From an uncultured archaeon (GTDB lineage Archaea > Thermoplasmatota > Penumbrarchaeia > JASLWR01), in the NCBI GenBank assembly GCA_964342815.1, contig CAYFHS010000044.1:1-35189 (forward strand): DNA of 35,189 bases, given 5' to 3'. The stretch's first letter is position 1, and each line of letters starts with the position of its first letter. The notes beneath the pieces were generated by a model. It did no database searches. It was not told the origin of the DNA and worked only from the letters and a program-made list of their open reading frames with translations. Shown one piece after another: positions 7,321-16,702 of the stretch. The position numbers and the translations under genes were made by a program.

Positions 7321-10300
7321 ATGTCACCCGGCCTCAACAGAAGAGAGAAAACCTATGAATGCATATTTGTCACATTTTTGATCGTGGCGATGTTTCTTTT
7401 GAACGCAATCCCCATGGAACTGATACAAAAAACAACCTGGGATCACGGAATTGTCAAACCGGATCCCCATGAGAGCAATGATCAATCGTCGCCGGGGTAC
7501 ATATTCAGAACCGAGGGAGCCCAGGTCAGGTTATGTGAGATAATGCTCGATCCTTACGGAGCTGACGAAGGAGCCGAATGGGCTGCGATATACAATAACG
7601 GCACGGATGCAGCATCTCTTGACGGATGGGGCCTGTCCAATAGAGACGGGGAGGTGGACGCGTTACTGCCTGACTGGAACCTACCTGCTGATTCCACTCT
7701 TTACATACATTTCGGCCTTGGTGAGAATGACCCGGATTTCGATGATTACATCGGGCATTACTATACACAAAATCCTTTTGAGATATTCAATGATTCGGCG
7801 GACACCCTCGCCTTATACTCCGGTAAAAGCAGCAATTCAACAATAATTGATTACATTTGCTGGAAGGACACATCGTCTACAAACTTTACCGGGGGTAGAG
7901 CTGGTTTATGGGCTTTACAGGCGGGGATCTGGTCAGCTGGTGATTATATCTTATCCGATGGATTTCAGGAAGGAATATCTCTCGGACGTACGAATATAGA
8001 TCCCACACTGGATTCTTCATCCCATTGGGAATCCGGACGGCTGCTTATCAATGAGGTGATGTTCTACGGGGAGATCGATACAAACGGAAGTGACCTTGGG
8101 AACGAGACGGTGGAGATACGAAATCCCACCGATGCCACTGTTTCCACCATGGGATGGTCGCTAAAGGTCGACGGAGGGGGTGAATTCTTCTTGGGTTCAT
8201 TCGATATTACACCGAGATCCTTCGTTGTTATCCATTTCGCTGACGATTCCTCTTTTGAAAATGATACCGATCAGGGAGATGGAAAGGCAGACCTGTATTT
8301 TAAGGTAAATTCGGCAGTTCTCGGGAATCAAAGCGGAGCAGTTGGTCTCTTTTCTCCGGAAGGTCCTGAAGATTACGTTGCCTGGGGGGCCGGGGGCTCT
8401 GGTAATGTTGCTGCGGATGCCATCAGTGCAGGGATCTGGACCACGGGAACGGCTCTTGGCGATAGTTTCGTTAAAGGCGATTCAATTGGACGCGATCAGT
8501 TCTCTACGGATACCAATAAGGTGGCCGATTGGTCCACAGGGGGAGGGGTATTTTCCAACGGCCCCACAATGGGTTTATCGAATTCCTACAGCCTGATGAT
8601 TTGGGATGCCGATCTATTTGCCGACGCGGGCCAAGAATGGATCAAGCTCTCCAATTTCGGAGAAAACCTTGACGTGGATGGGTGGGAAATATATAACCGG
8701 GACGGTGATGCGGTGGCAGGCCTTCCCGATATCGAAATCCCTGCCGATTCGACCCTGACCGTCTTTTTCGGAGTGGGTGTGGATGATCTCGACTTTTCGG
8801 ATAACGATGGTTCACTCTATGTCAGTGGAAGCAGCGGACCTCAACCTAGTTCCAAGTTTTTCAATTCGTCGTTGGATATAATCCTAATCTGTACCGGTGA
8901 GCTGGATGTCGGGTTCACAGTGGGTTTCGAGATATGGCTTGAAGACGGTTTCCGTGATCGGGGTACCCGCGGTTGGTTCAGCGATGCCTGGAATGCTGTT
9001 AAGAATGCAGGAAAATGGGTTGCTAAAAAAGTGGAACAAGCGGTCAGCACTGTTGTTGATGGAGTTTTGAAAGCAACAAAATGGCTGAAAGAGAAAATCG
9101 CACAAGCCCAGGCATGGGTTTTGGCGAAGATAAATGGCGGTCTCTCCTTCGAGATCGGCCTGGGTGATTACCTCACTTTGAGCTTGACAACTCTTGCCAT
9201 GGGATGGAAATTCCATGCCGAGGCCAATGCCGAATTCGATATTCCAGTACCGGGTTTCCCCATCCTTCAATTACATTTTGCCGCTCAGGGCAGTATTACC
9301 ATAATAAGGGATTGCGGCGGCCAGACCGCTTCGGGACAGATCGTTATCACCGTTGGAGTCAATGTTGGTGCGAACATCAAAAAGTTATTCACGCTGGAAC
9401 TGAGAGCGCATCTGAGATTGACCATCACCGTTGGAAATCTCGATATTGACGATCACTGTGATCCCGAAACTCACCAGGGTACCGTTTCAGTTGGTTTGGA
9501 TATTGCACTGGATCTGGTCCTTGGGGCAACTTTCAGGGTGAACACTCCCGAATTTGAATTGTTCGACGAGGACTGGGAATGGAGTCTCGCTCAGTTCACC
9601 TGGTCGCAGGAAAAGCAGTACAGCTGCTGCAGAGATCCGAAACCAAAACCTGGTCCAAAACCAGGGCCGCTGCCGGAACCGCCATATGAGCCGTCCCCCC
9701 CCTATTTTTGTCCCGATGATGGGTGCAGCGTATACCTGGATTATCACGTGACAAACACCGACAGCGTAGCCCATGATTACAATGTCGGTGGAATCGCGAA
9801 TACACCGGGTTGGGAATTGCATTATTCAATGGACTACGCTCAAAATGTTCAACCGGGCGAGACTGTGAACTTCAATCCATGGTTGGGTGCTCCAGCCGAT
9901 TACCCGATACCGCACTCCTTCGAGCCTGTTGTCGGGCTTTCTCCTAATCCGGGTGAAGCATACGCCATGTCCAAAGATAGGTCCCGTGCCCAGCAGCCTG
10001 TTGATATTTCCGGTAACGATTATGTGGGCTCTCCGGGAACTACGGTTCTTTTGAACTTTTACGCAGATAATATGTTCGGCGATATCTTCAATGTAGAAAT
10101 GACCGTATGGGTTGTCGATAACAGCACACCGCCATTTAATTCCAGTTTGGAGTTGTCGGCATCACCCGAGAGGGTCAATTTGACGGCGTATACCGAAAAT
10201 CGCTGGGGAGTATCGGTTTACAATGAAGATAGTGCTGAAATCCATGATGATTGGGCAGATGATCGGATTTTTCCTATAACTAATTTTGAGGGCTCCCGGT

Positions 10301-13300
10301 ACTTCACAGTGGTTGTTGACATACCGGAGAATGCGACGGTGGGATCTGTAGAGACCCTTACATTCGGACTTAGTTCCTATTTACCAAATTCCACTGATTC
10401 ACATATGGACAGTATAACTGCGAAAATACGGATTGGAGAAAAAGTTGAGGAAGCGATTTGGATGGATGATCTGGAAAATGTGGCTACCCTGACTGATTGG
10501 GATAATTCCACCGGTCAATGGGTATGGGGACAGAGATTGGGACAGTACGCAGATTATCAACCTGGTCCGGAAACGGATGAGCCAGGTCCGCACATTTGGT
10601 CGACGAACAATACGGGAATGGCTGAGCAGATGCTTTCCATTCTAGAAACACCTGTCCTAGACCTTAGCGGATACGATTCGGTCAACCTTAGGTTCAGGCA
10701 GTGGATAAGGGGATGGGCCGATATTGAAATTTATGCAAATTCAAGTGGATTGTGGCACAAACTGGAGGATTTGTCCAGTGCCTATCTGTCTGATTGGGAA
10801 TATGCAAGCTATGATCTCACACCCTTCCTGTCAGAGAGTCTCAGCATTATTTTTTATCACAACGCCAAGCGGGGTAGTGATCCCGGATGGCATATCGATG
10901 ATATATCATTTATCGGGATCAAAATGGGTAAAGTGATAATACACGACGAACTGGAGAACGAGAGTGCAGCTGCGAACGATTGGGATAACAGCACAGGTGA
11001 ATGGGAATGGGGGCAAATGGGAACTAATATTTTTGGCCCGCCAGTTGAAGAATCGTATTCGAATATGTGGGGAACTTTATTGAACGACAGCGCAACGGAG
11101 GACATGACCTCGATTCTTCTCTCACCGTTTTTCAATCTATCCGGATATGGTGCTGTAAACCTTCGACTATGGCATTGGATCAATGCAATCGGGACAATGG
11201 AACTCTACATCAATTCCAGCGGAGTTCAAACACTCGTGGGCAATTGGAGCGGCAGCCACTATTGGCAGAACTGGGAATTTGATATAATTGATATAAGTGA
11301 ATATCTGTCGGATCAGGTGCAATTCATTTTTTACTTCAATGCATCCCTGACACGCAGTGGGAATGATGGTTGGTTTATCAATAATATATCTCTCACTACA
11401 ATTTCCTTGACCGATGTGCTCATTACAAGTGTAACACCCATGGTCGATGGTGGATTGTATGCCCCCGGTTCGAACGAGATCACCATAAATGTGAAAAATC
11501 AGGGAGAGGTAAGCTACAAGGACCTTTCCGTTGGCTTGTTACCTGTGAACGTGGGCAGGAAAACAGTTTTTTCCGATGATTTCCAGACCGATAAGAATTG
11601 GAATACAGGAGACGGTGTGTGGAACCGCGATGACGATATCAATTTTGGAGCGGAAGGCGGTTATTCCATGAACCTCGGGGGTGCTACCGAAGGTGGGGCA
11701 TCCCGGAGCGAACTAAACGAGGATGTACTGATCTCTCCGGTTATTAACCTGTCCGATACCGAAGATCCGGTACTGAGCTTCTGGGAGAATAGCTGGTTCG
11801 ACGAAAGCGGGTTCGTGAAGTGCGAACTTTATCTCAGTGACAACTCGGGGGGAAACTGGTCCGCGGTACCCGTTTGGGTAAAAACAGCCAACTCCCACGG
11901 CCAATGGTCCCGCGTTGTGATCCCTCTTGAGCCGTACGGGACTTCAGGCTTCACCATGAAGTTCGTTCTGGTGAGATCCTTGGGTGCAGCTACACCGTTT
12001 ATGATCCTCGACGATATTGAAATAAACAGCAATGAAAATACTTCAATGAATTATTTGACGGATCTGATCGAAACGCTTGAACCAGATGAAGCGAAGAATG
12101 TCACCCTTGATATGGTTTTGTCGGAGGAAGGTCTATATGATATTATGTTTTTTGTCAACTGCAGCAAGGATGATGATCTCTCCAACAACTACGATAGTGT
12201 GTCGGTCGTCATTAACCAGATGCCCACCCCGGTTATTTCCGATCCGGCACCATCAGGTACCATAAGCGGATTGGTACCCCTTGAAATGGAATACCGGGAC
12301 AACGATGCCGTAATTGTCCGCTATCATTTCCACCCTGGTTCAAGGGATGAAAACCTCACGTTAATAGGGGAAACTGACTCACCGGATAACAACATGATCT
12401 GGAGTGTTGACTGGGATCTTGGCGAGCTTGAGAATGGTAATTATGTCGTTGTGGGAGAAGTGGTGGATATCTGGGGAGGTATCACATCGGCGAGTATAGA
12501 GGTAACTGTTTGGAATCCCGAGGGTACGGTAAACGCAAATTTCACGCATCAGGAGATCGCAGGCAAGCCGGGTGCTTTTTTCTTTACGGATACCTCTGAC
12601 ACCAACCCGGCTACGCTAGAAATCATCGGCTATTATTGGGATTTTGGTGACGGGAGCGATTCCTGTTTACCTTCACCGCGTCATGCCTACCGGGAAGACG
12701 GAACGTATATCTTCTATCACAGCGTGACCGGTGCGAACGGAATTACCTATGCCATACAGGCTCCCGTAGTGGTAATAGGTACACAGGTGATACCGGATAT
12801 TACGGCGAACTTCACATATGTGCCTGACACAAGCATCACGAGACTGACGGACGTGCAGTTCAACGATACTTCCGTGATCGGTACCCCCGTGGAATTGACA
12901 AGAAGATGGAACTTTGGTGACGGTAATTATTCCTCGAACTCATCACCGGTCCACAGGTATTCCGGTTTGGGTGTATATACGGTAAATCTAACCTTGAACG
13001 ATGAATGGGGAAATCGATGGATACATTTGGCGGATATTGAAGTTATAAATATACTCCCACGGGTAAATTTCACCATAGCACCATTAGCCGCAAAGGTGAA
13101 CGAGACCGTCACTTTTACAGCCACAGCTGATGACGAAGACGGAAATATCAGTACCTGGGAGTGGGACTTCGGCGACGGGACGAATGGTGTTGGTCGAACC
13201 GTTACCCATATTTACAGAACTTCCTATAAATATACCATCGAGCTGAATGTTACGGATAATGATGGTGGTTTGTCGAAAGCCAGCAAAAATCTCTTCATTT

Positions 13301-15060
13301 TTGATAGCGATGCATCCGAGCTGAAAGTGGTTGAAGTCCGGATGGGAGAGGTTAGACATTTGACCTATACCGACCCTTCTGGCTCATTCATTGATGTGTC
13401 GGTTTCGGGGGACGGAACGCTGGTGGCCGCCAGAGTCGACAATGATACAGCTGGTATTACGGGCAATCCCGAAGATTATGTTCGTATCAGTTTCTACATA
13501 AGGCTGCAGTTCGACGGCAAATTGAACTGGACAAACATCACAATCTCATTTGCAAACATGCCCTTGAACGAATCCCTGGACTATTCCAATGCAAATATAT
13601 TCTATCATGACGGTATCAAATGGAGTGAAGCTGAACAAACTGGAGTTGATTGGGAGAATCAGTTGGTTTGGGCGAACGTATCTCATTTTACCATATTTGC
13701 CGCCTTTGCTTTACCCGAAGAGGAAGGTGGTGACGACACGGGACCCGGGGGTGAACAACCAAAGGAAGCGTGGTACACCAGCACAACGGGGCTCATCATA
13801 ATCGGGATCGTGGTGCTGCTCATCATCGTAATGCTGGGAGTGTTCTTCTATGTGAGAGTGCGAAAAGGGCGGGACGAAGATGATGATGATGATGAGGAAG
13901 AAAAGATCGAGGAGGCTGAAGAGGTAATAAAGGAGATTCGTGAGAAGGACGACGACTTTGAAGATGCGGAAGCCACAAAAGATGATCTGGATGAAGATGA
14001 CGAAATTAAACCTGCCGAGAAAGTAGAAATTGTGAAGAAAGATATCGAAGATGATGGGGAGATGAAAAAGGAAGACGCTGAAGAAAGGGTGGATGAAAAG
14101 GAGGATGAGAAAACCGAAATATCCTCTGACGACAAAAGGCCGGAGGATAATGATGAAACCGATATTGTTGAAGAAGAACCTCTGACTGAAGACGGAACGG
14201 ATGAAGACGAGATGCCAGAATCACTGGATCCTGTTCCTGATCTCGATGATATAGAGGTCGCCAGCGAAATTCCCGAGGAGCCACCTGCGGAACCCATCGA
14301 TGATCTCGACGATATAGAGATAGCCGGAGAAACTCATGATGACGCACCGGCCCCCTCCGCTGCTATGGAACCCATTGGTGATCTCGACGATATAGAGATA
14401 GCCGGAGAAACTCCGGATGATACCCCGGCTCCTCCCGCTACTTTAGAACCCGTTGAGGATCTAGACGAGATAGAGATAGCCGGAGAAACCCCGGATGAAA
14501 CCCCCTCACCACCAGCCGCCTTGGAACCCGTTGATGATCTTGACGAGATCGTGATGGCTGATGAAACCCCGGATGAGACATCTTCACCACCAGCCGCCCT
14601 GGAACCCGTTGATGATCTTGACGAGATCGTGATAGCTGATGAAACACCGGATGACACACCGGCCCCTCCGAGTCCTCATGAATCTGTGGATGACGTCGAA
14701 ACCGATCCCGAGGTATGGGGAGAATCCGAGCTTTCAACTCCTGAAGAAGCTGATGATGAAAATGACATTTCTACCGAAGCAGCTGACGAAATTGACGCCT
14801 CTGAAGAAGCTGATGATGAAAATGACATTTCTGAAGAACCTGCTGATGAACCGGACGATTCAGAAGAGGCTGACGAGGTATGGGGTGACGATCCTGATCC
14901 TGTTCCTGAAGATGACGACGATCTTGACGTCATGGCATTATTCGATGAACCGGATGATGTGGATGAACCGGATGATGTGGATGAACCGGATGATGTGGAT
15001 GAAACGGCTGAAGCAGAAGATGAAGAATACGACGAACTGGATGATATTGAGATCGTATGA
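7321..15060 (+). CDS. Giant membrane-anchored surface protein (2579 aa): signal peptide, 3 lamin-tail-like domains, amphipathic helix + beta-rich domain, 3 MAM/cleaved-adhesin-like repeats, CARDB/Ig-like, 3 PKD, PGF-pre-PGF-like domain, TM helix, ~400-aa acidic cytoplasmic tail
   Basis: SD GGAGG. LTD-type starts (CEIMLDP..AEWAAIYN, INEVMFY..VEIRN, QEWIKLSN). Repeats WDNSTGQWVWG / WDNSTGEWEWG / WNTGDGVW. PKD motifs YYWDFGDG, RRWNFGDG, WEWDFGDG. NVSHFTIFA. TM at ~13790-13860 followed by RVRKGR. Many N-x-S/T sequons. Confidence 0.85.
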   Translation: MSPGLNRREKTYECIFVTFLIVAMFLLNAIPMELIQKTTWDHGIVKPDPHESNDQSSPGYIFRTEGAQVRLCEIMLDPYGADEGAEWAAIYNNGTDAASLDGWGLSNRDGEVDALLPDWNLPADSTLYIHFGLGENDPDFDDYIGHYYTQNPFEIFNDSADTLALYSGKSSNSTIIDYICWKDTSSTNFTGGRAGLWALQAGIWSAGDYILSDGFQEGISLGRTNIDPTLDSSSHWESGRLLINEVMFYGEIDTNGSDLGNETVEIRNPTDATVSTMGWSLKVDGGGEFFLGSFDITPRSFVVIHFADDSSFENDTDQGDGKADLYFKVNSAVLGNQSGAVGLFSPEGPEDYVAWGAGGSGNVAADAISAGIWTTGTALGDSFVKGDSIGRDQFSTDTNKVADWSTGGGVFSNGPTMGLSNSYSLMIWDADLFADAGQEWIKLSNFGENLDVDGWEIYNRDGDAVAGLPDIEIPADSTLTVFFGVGVDDLDFSDNDGSLYVSGSSGPQPSSKFFNSSLDIILICTGELDVGFTVGFEIWLEDGFRDRGTRGWFSDAWNAVKNAGKWVAKKVEQAVSTVVDGVLKATKWLKEKIAQAQAWVLAKINGGLSFEIGLGDYLTLSLTTLAMGWKFHAEANAEFDIPVPGFPILQLHFAAQGSITIIRDCGGQTASGQIVITVGVNVGANIKKLFTLELRAHLRLTITVGNLDIDDHCDPETHQGTVSVGLDIALDLVLGATFRVNTPEFELFDEDWEWSLAQFTWSQEKQYSCCRDPKPKPGPKPGPLPEPPYEPSPPYFCPDDGCSVYLDYHVTNTDSVAHDYNVGGIANTPGWELHYSMDYAQNVQPGETVNFNPWLGAPADYPIPHSFEPVVGLSPNPGEAYAMSKDRSRAQQPVDISGNDYVGSPGTTVLLNFYADNMFGDIFNVEMTVWVVDNSTPPFNSSLELSASPERVNLTAYTENRWGVSVYNEDSAEIHDDWADDRIFPITNFEGSRYFTVVVDIPENATVGSVETLTFGLSSYLPNSTDSHMDSITAKIRIGEKVEEAIWMDDLENVATLTDWDNSTGQWVWGQRLGQYADYQPGPETDEPGPHIWSTNNTGMAEQMLSILETPVLDLSGYDSVNLRFRQWIRGWADIEIYANSSGLWHKLEDLSSAYLSDWEYASYDLTPFLSESLSIIFYHNAKRGSDPGWHIDDISFIGIKMGKVIIHDELENESAAANDWDNSTGEWEWGQMGTNIFGPPVEESYSNMWGTLLNDSATEDMTSILLSPFFNLSGYGAVNLRLWHWINAIGTMELYINSSGVQTLVGNWSGSHYWQNWEFDIIDISEYLSDQVQFIFYFNASLTRSGNDGWFINNISLTTISLTDVLITSVTPMVDGGLYAPGSNEITINVKNQGEVSYKDLSVGLLPVNVGRKTVFSDDFQTDKNWNTGDGVWNRDDDINFGAEGGYSMNLGGATEGGASRSELNEDVLISPVINLSDTEDPVLSFWENSWFDESGFVKCELYLSDNSGGNWSAVPVWVKTANSHGQWSRVVIPLEPYGTSGFTMKFVLVRSLGAATPFMILDDIEINSNENTSMNYLTDLIETLEPDEAKNVTLDMVLSEEGLYDIMFFVNCSKDDDLSNNYDSVSVVINQMPTPVISDPAPSGTISGLVPLEMEYRDNDAVIVRYHFHPGSRDENLTLIGETDSPDNNMIWSVDWDLGELENGNYVVVGEVVDIWGGITSASIEVTVWNPEGTVNANFTHQEIAGKPGAFFFTDTSDTNPATLEIIGYYWDFGDGSDSCLPSPRHAYREDGTYIFYHSVTGANGITYAIQAPVVVIGTQVIPDITANFTYVPDTSITRLTDVQFNDTSVIGTPVELTRRWNFGDGNYSSNSSPVHRYSGLGVYTVNLTLNDEWGNRWIHLADIEVINILPRVNFTIAPLAAKVNETVTFTATADDEDGNISTWEWDFGDGTNGVGRTVTHIYRTSYKYTIELNVTDNDGGLSKASKNLFIFDSDASELKVVEVRMGEVRHLTYTDPSGSFIDVSVSGDGTLVAARVDNDTAGITGNPEDYVRISFYIRLQFDGKLNWTNITISFANMPLNESLDYSNANIFYHDGIKWSEAEQTGVDWENQLVWANVSHFTIFAAFALPEEEGGDDTGPGGEQPKEAWYTSTTGLIIIGIVVLLIIVMLGVFFYVRVRKGRDEDDDDDEEEKIEEAEEVIKEIREKDDDFEDAEATKDDLDEDDEIKPAEKVEIVKKDIEDDGEMKKEDAEERVDEKEDEKTEISSDDKRPEDNDETDIVEEEPLTEDGTDEDEMPESLDPVPDLDDIEVASEIPEEPPAEPIDDLDDIEIAGETHDDAPAPSAAMEPIGDLDDIEIAGETPDDTPAPPATLEPVEDLDEIEIAGETPDETPSPPAALEPVDDLDEIVMADETPDETSSPPAALEPVDDLDEIVIADETPDDTPAPPSPHESVDDVETDPEVWGESELSTPEEADDENDISTEAADEIDASEEADDENDISEEPADEPDDSEEADEVWGDDPDPVPEDDDDLDVMALFDEPDDVDEPDDVDEPDDVDETAEAEDEEYDELDDIEIV
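14290..14679 (+). repeat. In-frame tandem repeat, 5 x 78 bp (26 aa, EP(I/V)xDLD(D/E)I(E/V)(I/M)AxETxDxxPxPxAx(L/M))
   Basis: Units start at 14290, 14368, 14446, 14524 and 14602 (exact 78-bp spacing). A shortened unit starts at 14227 and a degenerate one at 14680. Confidence 0.95.
14741..14832 (+). repeat. Direct repeat, 32 bp identical with 60-bp period (EEADDENDIS)
   Basis: ctgaagaagctgatgatgaaaatgacatttct at 14741 and 14801. Confidence 0.9.
14944..15003 (+). repeat. Tandem repeat, 3 x 18 bp (DEPDDV)
   Basis: gatgaaccggatgatgtg at 14944, 14962 and 14980, followed by a partial gatgaa. Confidence 0.95.
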
Positions 15061-15066
15061 ATTATG

Positions 15067-15840
15067 TTACATCCTCGATACGGAACGGGGACAGTCACAG
15101 TTCCTCTCGGTCGGAAGGGCATGAACTATACCGCCAAGACCCGTAAATATGTCCTTTCTCATGGTTTCGACCATCTTGAGGGTCGTGTCGTGAGTTATCA
15201 GTTCGTCCGTCATACCCGCCCCGTAGTTAACCGGTAATAATATGGGGACGTAACATAAGCTCATTTCCCTTGCGAGCTTGCATTCTGCTGCGATTGTCAT
15301 TCCAACGAAGGTCATTCCCAGACCCTGGTAGAGCCGTATCTCCGCTTTCGTCTCGAATGTCGGCCCGGACAAACTTAAGTAGGTACCGCCGAACTGGTAT
15401 TTGATTTCATTTTCGTCAAAAACCTTTCTGATTTTTCCAATAACATCCAGGCAGAAAGGATCCGAAATATCCGTGTGGACTATCCCCTCATCCCCTCCGT
15501 TGTAGAAACTTTGAACCTCTTTGGTCATATCCACAAGCTGATCGGGCAGAGTGAGAACTCCCAGCTTGTAGCGGAACTTCAAAACACCAACCGCCGAAGT
15601 AGCTATTATGCGGTTCACACCCATTTTATGCAGAGCAGTTATATTCGCTTTGTGGTTTATGGCATGAGGCGGGTATTTTATCTCGTCACCATGCCTTGAG
15701 AGAAAAACCACCTCGACTCCGTCAAGATTGCCCTTGATCAGCGGAACGGTCCCGTATTTGGTTTCAACGCTTATTTTCTGTTCGTCTTCTATGCATTTTT
15801 GAGAACTGTAGAAACCTGAGCCCCCTATTATTCCTATCAT
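15067..15840 (-). CDS. mtnP: MTAP/PNP-family purine nucleoside phosphorylase, probably 6-oxopurine / methylthioinosine-specific
   Basis: IGIIGGSG, FLSRHG, GPTFETKAE, VGMT..E..LARE. The base-specificity position reads VNY (Asn) rather than the TDYD of adenine-specific MTAP. Confidence 0.88.
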   Translation of the reverse strand: MIGIIGGSGFYSSQKCIEDEQKISVETKYGTVPLIKGNLDGVEVVFLSRHGDEIKYPPHAINHKANITALHKMGVNRIIATSAVGVLKFRYKLGVLTLPDQLVDMTKEVQSFYNGGDEGIVHTDISDPFCLDVIGKIRKVFDENEIKYQFGGTYLSLSGPTFETKAEIRLYQGLGMTFVGMTIAAECKLAREMSLCYVPILLPVNYGAGMTDELITHDTTLKMVETMRKDIFTGLGGIVHALPTERNCDCPRSVSRM

Positions 15841-15841
15841 A

Positions 15842-16360
15842 TTAGTTCCGTCCTTTTTTTCTTGCCACCTTTATTAAGAATTCCCGTAGTGAGCCTTCCA
15901 TCTCATCCAGTTCGGAATAGTGAATTACGGATATGTTCGGCAGGTCGCAGCCTTCCAACATAGCCGAAAGGCGCTTGCCCTTGCGGGAATGAAATAAGAT
16001 GACCGGGATTTCCATTACGAAAAGAGCGTAGCTGATCTCGAAACCGGCTCCATGGCTGGGAGCGGATACCTCCGCCACAACACAGTGGGAGCTTTCGAGC
16101 CATTCCATATCTCTTTTGTAGATCCCCTCATCGCCCGGCGGGTATCTCCTCTCATGGTTTTTATTCCTTTCCCGTCGAATCTCATTTCCCGATTCCGCCA
16201 GAGGGGTGGCGCCCATCTGCCCAACAATATCCATGAGGTGGCGGTAATTAGCAACAAAAGAGGTGTCACCTCTGATCGGTCCCGAGCAGTAAACACGTAT
16301 CCCGGCAAACGTTTTCTTCTCGGTAAGTTCGTATTCCTGACCATCTGCCAAAATCAGCAT
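15842..16360 (-). CDS. Nucleoside 2-deoxyribosyltransferase / DNPH1(Rcl)-like deoxynucleoside monophosphate N-hydrolase
   Basis: VYCSGPIRG, IYKRDMEWL..S..VVAEVSAPSHGAGFEISYA (catalytic Glu). The ATG overlaps the acyP stop (ATGcTGA). Confidence 0.85.
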   Translation of the reverse strand: MLILADGQEYELTEKKTFAGIRVYCSGPIRGDTSFVANYRHLMDIVGQMGATPLAESGNEIRRERNKNHERRYPPGDEGIYKRDMEWLESSHCVVAEVSAPSHGAGFEISYALFVMEIPVILFHSRKGKRLSAMLEGCDLPNISVIHYSELDEMEGSLREFLIKVARKKGRN

Positions 16361-16662
16361 CCTCCCCTGTATTTTATCTCAAAGCTCTCATATTTGATGG
16401 AATATTCGCACCAAACGATTTCGTGCTCGGTCACATTTGCGTAAGGTTGTCGATGGATACACTGTTCGATGGTCTTTTCGATAAGATATCTCTCGCCTTC
16501 GAACACCGCCTTTACTGAGCCGTCAGTACAGTTCTTCACCTCCCCGGTCAACCCGTTCCGCGTGGCGAACTTTCTAGTATTGGCCCTGAAAAACACTCCC
16601 TGGACCTTTCCCTGAAAACGAACTTTTGCCATTGTTTTTATTCTTTTACGGGCACCCGGCAT
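16354..16662 (-). CDS. acyP: Acylphosphatase
   Basis: GKVQGVFFR, GEVKNCTDGSVKAVFEG and the terminal FEIKY. Start moved to ATG 16662, because the track start overlaps the upstream gene. Confidence 0.92.
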   Translation of the reverse strand: MPGARKRIKTMAKVRFQGKVQGVFFRANTRKFATRNGLTGEVKNCTDGSVKAVFEGERYLIEKTIEQCIHRQPYANVTEHEIVWCEYSIKYESFEIKYRGGC

Positions 16663-16702
16663 GCAATTTCCTTCAAGCTGCTGAGAAAAAAAATAATGAA
16701 AA

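Noticed and set aside
14227-15003. Regularly spaced repeats as a possible CRISPR array
   Set aside because: Units are contiguous, multiples of 3 and in frame, with no unique spacers. No cas genes are present.
13848-15124. Several long Ser-rich or Met-rich ORFs (13848..14297 -, 14334..14657 -, 14676..15122 -, 14639..15124 +)
   Set aside because: Shadow frames of the GAT/GAA-rich acidic repeat tail. They have no RBS and their composition is fully explained by the sense gene.
16015-16444. Overlapping ORFs 16015..16344 (-) and 16052..16444 (+)
   Set aside because: Alternative or antisense frames of the well-supported DNPH1-like and acyP genes.
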